A stretch of DNA of 64,000 bases from Styela clava. Lineage: Eukaryota. The stretch covers positions 19,096,001 through 19,160,000 of the forward strand of contig NC_135250.1 of NCBI RefSeq assembly GCF_964204865.1, read 5' to 3'. The notes below the pieces were generated by a model. That model saw nothing but the letters and a program-made list of their open reading frames with translations. It was not told the origin of the DNA and did no database searches. Positions within the stretch are counted from its first letter, which is position 1; each line of letters opens with the position of its first letter. A program made the position numbers and the translations under genes. Shown here piece by piece: positions 25,105-35,133 of this stretch.

Positions 25105-26950
25105 CAGTACAACAGTCATCTGTTTCAAGGTGTCCATGTTCAAAGGAATATCAAGAAGCTTTGCAAGAAATGTTCCACCACCTAGTTCCCATATGTGGCC
25201 GATCATGTTGCCATGCTAAAAAAAATTGAAATGGGTAAGCAAAAAACAAGTGAATCTAAGTAGGCACCATGAAGATGTAAGTTACGGTAAGAATTCCATA
25301 TTTATTCTGGGAAAAGTCAATACAATGGATTTATCATATGGCAAAGCACAGTCCCTCGTTCGGATACCAGTCCATGTTGGAATGGAAAAAGGTAACCAGA
25401 ATATTTTCAAAATGCATGAGCTGATTTCAGAAAGTAATAAGACTTCTTTTTGGTGATAAAGGGAAATTGATGAATAAAGAGGATAAAACTATATTCTGCA
25501 CATATAAGTGCCAAACGTATGTTTCCAGTTGAATAAATTTTTACAATTACATTAATCAGAACCAAACTAGGATTAAATTTCTCTGTTCAAAAAGACTGCA
25601 TTCAGGAGGGCAGGATATAAAAGAAAAACAAACCATCTGAGTCTTCCGTGCATAGGTGTATTCGAGAGCAACTGAAGGCTTCGTAGGTTCTTCACGATTT
25701 AAAAATCTGAGCAGCGCTGTAGTCTTCCCCTAAAATATAATATTGCAGTCAAATTTTGTAGTTACATTAACATGTTATATATAGCCTACAATTATATTCG
25801 ATAAATTTCATACATAAAATTTACAAATCTGTTATATATTATTCCGGTTGAAAAGAAACATATTAAAATCTTTCTGTGAAATTTAGAATTCCAATATCAC
25901 ACAGATTTCAGTGAAAATACAAAACAAAAAGTCATGTTGAATGTATTATAAGCATTTTGATGAACATTCAGATATGAACTGTCACAAAAGAGACTCAGCT
26001 TTTGTTTTTTGGAAAACAGTTTTCACATAGTTAACATATAAATGGCCGTTCTAGTTGATAGTATCAGTACTTCCGAAATTTTTTCTGGATGAAGTTCCAG
26101 ATTAAACACTTAATGGCTAGAATACAACAACATATTTCAGTCATGACCTGGGTATTTAAGAGTTTGAAAATGAATTGAAGTTATTTTAATATCCTTTACA
26201 GATGGATTCCAGATATTTGGGTAACCCAAACTACATTTCAACCTATGATAAAAGCTATTGGAAAACAAAATGAAACTACTTTTTAATCACTGGAAATTTT
26301 GAAACTTACTGATGATTTTCCACCAATAACAAGAACATATTTGTCAGTTACAATTCCTTTATAAGCTTCGTTTTCTTTCTTGATATTGATTTCATCCACA
26401 GCAGCATCCCAGATTGTTCCACTAAAGATTAAATAACAAATACCTCAAGTTTGAATCTGACATCTTTAATTTCAATATACTGGATTAATTCAGTTTTAAA
26501 ACTAGAAATTTTGATCTCAAATGAAAGTTGAGGTATAGACTCATTTGGTTGGAAAATATATTCGATTATTGATTATACAAGTCCTCAACATTCATACACA
26601 TCCTCAAATTATCTCATTGTACAAATGTTGCCAATGAAAATCATTCATTAGCTTTTGACATGCAATAGATGAATTCAATTAAAGCATCTTAAATATGTGT
26701 GAGTCGTGTGACATCTGATTTGCGTCAAATAACTAATTCCCAACCTATAAAGCCTCGTAAAACTTCACCCTATGTACCAAAAAAATGTAAAATTAAGATA
26801 ACAGGATTTCTTGTTACTCTTCTAAAATTATAGGCCTATTACAGTATATGTTTCCCATTCCTACCCTATGATACAAAGCATAGTAATATCTGCTGCCACC
26901 AAACAACCCTTCCAAACATTGAGAATTAACAAGAGAGTTTATTACCTCAT
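25105..26950 (-). CDS. DYNC2LI1: Cytoplasmic dynein 2 light intermediate chain 1, 5' part only (108 codons found)
   Basis: Exons 26950-26946 (ATG AG), 26421-26310, 25729-25634, 25215-25105 give [10 protein letters not shown]...[38 protein letters not shown]...[32 protein letters not shown], matching the DYNC2LI1 N-terminus. Later exons were not found; the first exon is less certain. Confidence 0.82.
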
Positions 26951-27141
26951 GTTGTTTCCTTTCAATTTGCAATGTTTCTTGATCTGCAGCCAATAATATA
27001 TAAAGATAATTAAATCTAAAATACATAGAAAAAATTGAAAAAACTAAACTAAATTGGGTTACATTATAAAATAAAAATAACAATACAAGAGCGATGGTCT
27101 AGCTGTCACCGGCATCTCTGAATAAATAAATATCTCTAGGG

Positions 27142-27588
27142 CAGCGGCTCCCAAACATTTTGTGTGTGCGGCGCCACACGAAAAAAATATGCTGCTCTTC
27201 AGTAAATCTCAATATCGTGATCGTTATTTTGTACTTTATTCCATTTAACGATAGTAAACATGTATGCTCAGGGAATAAAGGCAAACCCTCCTTTCTCATC
27301 TTTGCCTGTTCGCTAAACTCGGTTCAGCAGATGAATAAATTGCGGCAAATGGTGTCTGTATCTATTGTTACGTACCATAGAGGCAGACAGACACTATGTA
27401 ACAAAAAGTAAACGGCAAGGAATTCATTGATTCATACACACGTGTATTTGAAGTAGGAAACAATACAACTTTTAAACTAAATACAATGTGTAAAATATCA
27501 GATCATAGTTTAATTAATTATACACAATTCTGCTAATTTTGGCGGCGCACGTGACAACACGCTACGACGCACCTTTTGGGAACCGCTG
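27142..27588. mobile_element. hAT-type MITE
   Basis: TIR CAGCGGCTCCCAAA / TTTGGGAACCGCTG, perfect 8-bp TSD ctctaggg; related inverted copy at 60669-61160. Confidence 0.88.
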
Positions 27589-28528
27589 CTCTAGGGCATA
27601 AATTCCATAGCTTGCCCAGCATCTCAGCCAGGATGTAATAAATTACCAGACTGAAGAGATCCCAGTCCTTCTAAAGATCCTGTTACACAGCAGTGGCTTC
27701 TTATATAGAGCTTTGTTCAGAGCAAAAGTATTGAGAATTGAAATACAATGGACGATCATGTCACCATGTGTACAGTCTGTAATGGATTGAACAAGTTTGT
27801 TTAGACAACTTATAAAATAATTTAGGAATAAGATTCATTGCATAGGAGTTGCCAAACCCACAAAATAAAGCAATTTACGAAGGCAAATTATAGTAAAGAA
27901 ATAGATTGAACTTTAAAACATATTTTGCTAACACCACATAAATATAAGTACGATATACAATAGATAATTTCTTATTTCGAGAGGTTTGGTTGCAATAAGG
28001 TAAATTGTTTTAGTTTCTGAGCACTAGTCTTTCTCTGTAGCAATTGTATATGTGGAAAGTATCACAGCTTAAAATCTTGGCATCGACTATTTTTCTTAAA
28101 TAAACTCACGCCACAACTTCAAAAACTTGCTGATGGCAAATGAGCACATCTTTCTCACTAATGCAACTTTGAATTCATTTCTGCTGAAGTAAATATTATG
28201 TAAATATGACCGTTTTATATCAGTCATTCAATTTTGCGGCCCTAAAAGCACTAAATGCAGCTTAGGACATCCTAGGGTCACAAAATTTTACAAACTTTAC
28301 TTTTTTTTAAATTTGGGTCGCTTGAAAAACAGTTGGGAACCACTGAGCTAGACTACATTTTAAGATCAGCATATTACTACTATACACTGATGAAAATTTC
28401 CAAAATCATATATCAGGATGAATGTAAATTTTTGGAAATAAATATCTTGAAATTCTTTAAACATTTCAAAAACAACATAAACAATCAGAAAAACAAAATA
28501 ATACAGTATTTTCAACGAATTATAGGTA

Positions 28529-29626
28529 TTAAAATATGAAATAAGCTAAGATGAAATAAGGCAAGAGGCAGAAAACATGACCAATCAATGTACTAATTGT
28601 ATAGCATTTTACAGGTTTTAAACCTTGTTTTCCCGGAGGAAATTTGCCTGTAGCAAAAAAGTCCTTCAGAAGTTTATCTTTTTCAATAAACCTATCGTAA
28701 ATCCACGCTTCAGAAACAGAGTAACCTCCTCCTTCTCCAACCTTTGTCATCATATCAGAGGAACGAAAAACACGGTAATGCAGATAAACTTTTTTCGGCC
28801 CTCCGCTACCCATCACCCATGACGTTATTCCTAGAGGCTCATTCTTTGCATATCCAATTGTGACATCGATAATCCATTTGATATGTTTTTTTCCCAGTGA
28901 ATCTTTGTTGAGTCCATTCTTAACCCCCTCAACACCCAGGACATCCACTATTGCTTGAAAAGCCCCCACTCTAGGTATAGTAACATTGTTTAATAAAGGT
29001 AAATTATTACGCTTGGAAAAACGCCAACTTCCCTCTCTTCGTTTATGAAGAAATCCACCTTCGGGAAAAAGAATCATCCATTTTCTATCACGTTTGCAAT
29101 AAACATCAACAAGGTGTTTTTTGAATCGCTTCATTCCATCAATTTTGATTTGTGCTTCAGAACCGCTAAACAAAAATGGAAACTTTCGAATATCCGAACC
29201 TTGGAGAAGGAAGAAGTCACCATGGCCTTTTGCTATCCATCCAAAACTTAAAAATTGTAATACCCAGTCCATAATCCACATGACCCCTCTAAGCGAAGGT
29301 CTTGTACCCCGCAGAGCATGCATCAACACAGGAATATCCCCCGAAGATTGGTGATTTGTCATGAGAATGCTTTCATCATTGATAATGGAAGATATATCAT
29401 CGCCGCTGGTAAATATTTCATGTCCGGATAACTGAGCCCAAAATGCTACCATAGATAGTAGTTTTTCATATAGCCATCCTTCAATAGCCCAGAACGTTAG
29501 TGGAGAGAATATCCTTAATGGTTGTAATAACAAGTACAAACAAAGGTATACCGGAATTGCATATATGTTGTTTACAATGCAAAGTATCACCCGAAGAAGT
29601 GATGTGAATGTTGTAATGAAACTCAT
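28529..29626 (-). CDS. LPGAT1: Acyl-CoA:lysophosphatidylglycerol acyltransferase 1-like, 365 aa, single coding exon
   Basis: Uninterrupted ORF; first ATG at 29626 (the track start 29650 is a TTG upstream of a splice acceptor). NHQSSGD (HxxxxD), HGDFF, RDRKWMILFPEGGFL, WIIDVTIGY and RFIEKD match LPGAT1. Confidence 0.95.
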   Translation of the reverse strand: MSFITTFTSLLRVILCIVNNIYAIPVYLCLYLLLQPLRIFSPLTFWAIEGWLYEKLLSMVAFWAQLSGHEIFTSGDDISSIINDESILMTNHQSSGDIPVLMHALRGTRPSLRGVMWIMDWVLQFLSFGWIAKGHGDFFLLQGSDIRKFPFLFSGSEAQIKIDGMKRFKKHLVDVYCKRDRKWMILFPEGGFLHKRREGSWRFSKRNNLPLLNNVTIPRVGAFQAIVDVLGVEGVKNGLNKDSLGKKHIKWIIDVTIGYAKNEPLGITSWVMGSGGPKKVYLHYRVFRSSDMMTKVGEGGGYSVSEAWIYDRFIEKDKLLKDFFATGKFPPGKQGLKPVKCYTISTLIGHVFCLLPYFILAYFIF

Positions 29627-29995
29627 CTTGAAAGTTAGACTCTGGTACAAAACCTTTTATGTATTTCACTATTGCTTTAGTATTATACAAAACATGTGTT
29701 TAAAATGGAAGTAGGTACAAAGCAAAAAAAAATACGATATTTTAAATTGAAATCATAACAATCTTCATAACTAAAACTGACAGGTAAACTCATATTGATT
29801 TCTTGTCTATCAATCTTTCTTACATATGCAGGTGCAGTGGTGTGGTAGAGTACAAGCCAACAATATTTCAACATTATTAGTTCACAACAGAGCTGCACCG
29901 CGCACTTGACAGAAAAAATTGTCAGCCATTCTCAATTAACAACCCAATAGCAGAACAAGGGAGACAGTACGACAAAATTGAGATATTTATTACTT

Positions 29996-30466
29996 AGATA
30001 TGTCGGGTTTGGTATAGTTTAGTACCACATGCACTTCTAGTTGACCTAGCTCAACTATTTTTGCATATGTCAATCCTAACCCCTACCTGACTACGTCACC
30101 GAAAAAAATACGTCATTTCGACGTCACAGTGGCGTAATAAGGCTCACCAAAGTATGCGGAGGGTAGTCCAAAACGCGCAGACGATCATCCGAATCGAGCA
30201 AGCTATTTCTCTCGTTTTTTCGTCACAACGATCCCGATAGGAGAGAGATCGCCAGCGTTAGCGAGTTCGTTATCAGCGGCGCAGATGCCATTTTGGGCGA
30301 TCGTAATTATACTTTGACAAGCCCTATGACAGATGATGACGTCGTAGTGACGTCATTTTTGGATGGCATAGTCAGGTGGGGGTTAGGAATATCATATGTA
30401 AAATTCGTTATGCTATGCCAACTGGAAGTATTTGTGGTACCAAACTATACTAGACCCGATATGTCT
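29996..30466. mobile_element. Foldback-type element with ~130-bp imperfect TIRs
   Basis: 29996-30127 is an imperfect reverse complement of ~30335-30466; related fragment at ~19170-19222. Confidence 0.8.
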
Positions 30467-30709
30467 GCATGTAAGTACGGTATGTTTATTCATGTCATTA
30501 ACTGTTTAACTAAAAGGTATGACACAGGGCACACACACACACAATGGCACAACCAGTCTTACCGGTATGCCGCAATACATATCATTACTGCAATACCTTG
30601 ATAATGTTTTTGAACAAAGTGAAAGTTGTAAATAAAATAAAATTCTAGTTAATCAAGTACCGTAACTCTCCGGTCCCAGAGTTGATTAGATGGCTGATCC
30701 TGATATCGC

Positions 30710-31341
30710 CCAGTCTGGATTTCATGGCCTTTTCGAACGAGAAATCGGGCGTGCAATCAGAAATTCCCGCGTGCAAATAAGAATTTCTGGCGTGCAATTA
30801 TAGCTCACGGCGTGCAAAACAACTGCGCCCGCTAAACTGATTTCGAACTAAGATACCTCTCAATACATCCGCGTAAAAATAAGTTGGATCATAGCAAAAA
30901 TGGACGTTTGGCCTTTGACCCCCAAAACATCATTTCTATATTTTGTCACTAATTTTGAGAGTGTTTGTGCGACTTTAGATACCGGTACTGTTCAGTACAT
31001 CCGTGTAAAATTATTGTATTAAAAATACGCTGAATCAGAGCCATAACTGGCCAGCGTCGGTGAGGAGGCGATTTTTCTCACGGGATTCCTATCATTCAAC
31101 GATTTTTGCTTCGCATTTTTCGATCAGGCCAAATCTTGCAAGCAAGTATTAGTCGACAATTGTAAAGTTATAATTTTTTAGCATCTTTATATTACTAGAT
31201 TATTGATTTAAAAACTATTTAAACCGATTTACATTGGTGAGCAATTGCAAATTTTTGGCGTGCAAAATTGAATTCGCTCGCGTGCATTTTTGTGGAGCGC
31301 TAGCGCCCTCGGGCGTGCATCTGCCATGGAATCCAGTCTGG
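30710..31341. mobile_element. Non-autonomous DNA transposon with GCGTGCA subterminal repeats
   Basis: 19-bp TIR CCAG(T/A)CTGGATT(T/C)CATGGC; direct repeat gatatcgc at 30702-30709 and 31342-31349. Confidence 0.85.
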
Positions 31342-31689
31342 GATATCGCACCGACAGTGAATGAAATGTACAAAGCTCATTGAACAAAAAAACTCAATAT
31401 CGAAAAAATGAAAAAACGTTTGTTTATGAAATAATATTGCCCTTCTGCCCTTGAGCTCCCGTGCTGAAATGATAGATACCGGTAACCAAATACAAGTATA
31501 GGATTTATATATTTATCCAGGAAGAGAGGAAAGCCGATAGGACTGTGGCCTAAAGCCAAAAAGCCATACTGCTGTACTGTCTTTATTTCTAAGATTTGTC
31601 CCTATTCAGTTATTTTGAAGGTCTTTCTTTGTCTTAGAAAATATTTTGTAGGATCAGAGGATAGAATCTATCGTAAGTGAGGAAAGCTG

Positions 31690-31968
31690 ACAAGCTGGGG
31701 TAAGATAACCAATAATTTGTTTCTGATGAATGAACTTGATCTTGAAGGACGCGCAACCAACCAGACTGCCAGAGGACAGCGGTTACCGTACTGCCGTTCG
31801 TGAACCAATGAGACGGCGGGGATTCCAGCAATTGATTTTCACATACAGACATAATTTACCCCGCAGCACATAGGATTTGAACCTCGAACTCATGCAGGAC
31901 GCAGTGTAATCCAGTAATCAGAGGTGCAGTGGCAGCCTAACACTTACCGTTGCGTCACATTGCCGAGC
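31690..31968 (-). mobile_element. tRNA-derived SINE (family 1)
   Basis: 5' GCTCGGCAATGTGACGCAACGG (A-box-like) and GGTTCAAATCC (B box); related heads at 38200-38332 and 60820-60903. Confidence 0.65.
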
Positions 31969-32319
31969 GACTGCTTGACTAGCTAGCATTCAAATTTCAC
32001 ATAGGCTACTTCAGTACTTGCTTGCATCGCAAAGAATTGGAGCAGAATCAAGAGAGTGATGCTCAAATAGCCTAAAGGACCAGAGTTATCCAAGCCCACA
32101 CTAACTCTGCGGTCAACGGGTTAACCAACTATTTTATTCACTTTATAAACGATGTTTAAAAAAAATTGGTTGTTTTAATAATATATAGACCATAGATTGA
32201 TTATACGCAAATCTGCAAATGCAATACCAAGCACAGCCCAGTTACCTCAAGTAGGCCTATCACCTAACAAAAACGAGTATAGACTGGCGTCACACCAGTG
32301 TGGCCAAGCTCGGCCTAGT

Positions 32320-32353
32320 CAAAGTGACTATAACCCGGGTTATAGTCACTTTG
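32320..32353. mobile_element. 34-bp perfect palindrome with 8-bp TSD (minimal transposon remnant)
   Basis: CAAAGTGACTATAACCC-GGGTTATAGTCACTTTG flanked by ggcctagt on both sides. Confidence 0.8.
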
Positions 32354-32463
32354 GGCCTAGTCTAGTGCCTAACAAACACGAGCGCTGCTATCACCAAAGC
32401 AAAGTGAAAATCAAAGTTACCAAGCAGGCGCAATCGCAATTTGGTTTGAATAACTGTACCGGA

Positions 32464-33509
32464 TGTCATACCAGCGTGTGCACTTAAATCCTAATAAAGA
32501 CCAGACTTTTATAAATTCTTATTTTCACTATATTTATAGTGGCGTAAATATATACTACTACGATAGTGGATTGAATGAATGGAGTCTAACACTAACTTGA
32601 TAAGTTTTCGACGGTTTCTATGTTTTTCCGCGTGTTTTTTTGTGGCTTTTGTTGACGATTTTTCCTTTAACGGTATACCTTTCTTCAGGGTTGTTTTAGC
32701 GTGCTTATTAGAGGTTTTTTCTTGCACGTTCCTGCATGTTTTTTGGGTGGTTTTAAACGAGTTTTACGCGTTTTGTTGATGTTTTTTTTCTTTTGGCGTG
32801 CTTTTGTTTCTAGGAAGGTTGGCGTGTATGTGTAAGCGTGTTCTTGCAATTTTTACACGTTTGGTTTTTGCACGTTTGTGTATTTTTTTCACTGGTTTTC
32901 GACGGATTTAATTTTTGCTGGTTTATGACGGTTTTCGATGTTCACCCCGTTTGCCACCACTATTACTTTTTTTTAAATGTTTGAGGTTTTTATCTGGAAG
33001 CAATGTTGATTAGGGTGTCTTCATAATTTGCGTTGGGTGTCTTCTTCATTTTTCTTCGCTCTCTTTATCAGTCTTAAATGACTTCCGTCTTGACACTTAT
33101 TGCTGACCCTTGGCAGCTAGCTTCTAAAAATCCTAACCTCCTCGTTGTCGGTCTGTCTTTCCTTTCCTGATTGTGTGGGAGCACTTTTTGGGAGGCGACC
33201 TCTAACCAACCTTTTACCTACTAATTGCTACATGTTTTGCCTCCTACCTTAACTGTTGTAGAAGCCTATTGCATCTTTTCGACCTGATATTTTCCTCTCT
33301 ACCTCAGACCTATTGGGCCAGTTTAGACCGACACGAATCTAAATCCAGATCCGACCAGGTGTGGCTTCGTTAGGATTTGTTTAACAAGTATTATCAGAAA
33401 TCCGTACAGGGGTCGTTTTAGTTTTCGTGGCACCTGGCAAGCTTACTCTTCTTACAACGTCACACGCTTCTTATCTTATAACGGTCACCTGGGACCCCGT
33501 CTGACTACA
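32464..33509. repeat. Strand-skewed ~1-kb insertion of unknown class (possible solo LTR)
   Basis: T-rich + strand with CpG-containing CGTG/GACG motifs; begins TGTCA and ends ACTACA at a (CA)n tract; no TSD visible. Confidence 0.3.
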
Positions 33510-33528
33510 CACACACACACACACACAC
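33507..33528. repeat. (AC)n microsatellite
   Basis: About 11 AC units followed by A-rich tracts. Confidence 0.9.
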
Positions 33529-34199
33529 GTAAAATGAAAAAAAAAAAGTACAAACAACAAACAAACAAACAAAAAAAAATAGAATTTGGTCCGGCAAGAC
33601 CGATTATTATAATCGAAATGGGCTTTCGTCCATCACTACAATAAATGCAATGTTGTGTTTCTCATCACGTTTACTGAGTTTTCTTAATTTCATCTTCTTG
33701 GCAAATTTCTCAAATCTGTAAAATGTAACAAAATTGGATGCAAATTACATTGAGATATTCTCTTACTTTTTGTTTAAATAATAAATAGTCATGTACACTT
33801 ATTTTAGTAACCATAACTTTTACCAAGTCACAACGATGGTTTTGAAATATGGATATGGAAAACTTTTCTTTGGTTTATGCAAGTTAATCAAAATATTCGT
33901 TTTATAAAAAAAATTGATAAATATAAATAGCCTACATACGTATATATGATCCGTCTATAGTTCACATAAAATATGCAAAAGTGTTTCTATCAGATAATGT
34001 CGAATTTCAACAAAGTTTCTCACTGTAATCAAAATGTAATTTCGAAATGGGTTTTTGCACAAACGTAAACAGTTAATATCATTTTTTAAAAGCTTCCCCA
34101 TTTCAAGATTCATTTCGGCGGGTCAAAGTTTTTTTGTCGAATCATGTTATTGTATTGGTATTATTAATAAGGAAGTGTCAGAATTGGAATATTAGGAAA

Positions 34200-34435
34200 G
34201 GGGCTCCCGAAGTATGCGAACCAAGATGGCGGACATCGGAATGTAATATGTGTACTAGGTTAGGGTTAGGCCATAATTTTAGGTATAAATACTACGGGAG
34301 GCTCTTGGCTAGTCTTCCAACTGATAATAGGACTAAAATAAGGAAAATTGGAAAAAAATTATCGCCTAACCCTAACCTGTTACCCATGTTACGTTCCAAT
34401 GTCCGCCATCTTGGTTCGCATACTTCGGGAGCACC
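34200..34435. mobile_element. Palindromic MITE with ~90-bp TIRs
   Basis: GG(G/T)GCTCCCGAAGTATGCGAACCAAGATGGCGGACAT inverted at both ends; perfect 8-bp TSD ttaggaaa; internal fragment recurs at ~62560-62620. Confidence 0.9.
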
Positions 34436-35105
34436 TTAGGAAAAATGTTAATCCTGGCTTTACTTAAACTTAAATTATCTGCATGGGTAAGCTATTACTT
34501 CCATATTTTGGATACTTCATGATAGTGCATTTTCGTTTTTACAAGAAGCATTCCTCAGTTCCTAAGATAAAACAATTGAATTGGGCGGTGTTCAACCTTT
34601 TTCTTAGTTTAAACGAATACACGAATTCGCGCTAAGGTTCGCATGCGGCTCTCAACAACCTTTCCTGCGGCTCTAGTTAATGCTATTAAAAATCAATTAC
34701 TTTAAAAAAAAATCTTTTTATAAAATATAGAATTGAAACGATACGTTAAGTGTAAAGATAAGCATATAACACCATAAGGCAAAAACAACGACTTTTCTGA
34801 TAGCGAGCCGCGTTTTTATTAGTTGTTAGTAATTATTCCGTGAAAGTTACATTTTCTGTTTTACTGTGTCATAATCGCATACATTTCGAATGTCGCTGTA
34901 ATTGTATCAGTTGTGACTTATTCCTAGGATTTATTCATTTTATCCCTCATTTAATTATAATTATTCTAACCTGTAGCGCTGTAGGTGTCGCTGCTTGAAG
35001 ACCTTCTTAGGTCCCTCGCGACTCCGGTCACGCAAAAACATGATTAGTACTGTAATTTATTCATTATGTCACTTTATGTTTGAACGTGTTTTTTTGTGAT
35101 GACAA

Positions 35106-35133
35106 AATAAACGATTGATTGATTGATTGATTG
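35106..35133 (+). repeat. AATAAA plus (GATT)n tail, probable 3' end of a non-LTR element
   Basis: aataaacgattgattgattgattgattg; such tails are typical of CR1/L2-mobilised elements. Confidence 0.45.

Noticed and set aside
26422-26463. Alternative DYNC2LI1 first exon (MSDSNLS) joined by a 22-nt GT-AG intron in the right phase
   Set aside because: 22 nt is below usual spliceosomal limits, and a better first exon exists at 26950-26946 (AACAAC-ATG-AG-gtaata) with a 524-nt intron.
31860-31968. A/B-box sequence as a tRNA gene
   Set aside because: No cloverleaf, long variable spacing and divergent dispersed copies indicate a SINE.
32509-32779. Lys-rich (-) and Phe-rich (+) ORFs
   Set aside because: By-products of base skew in a repeat; no splice or domain support.
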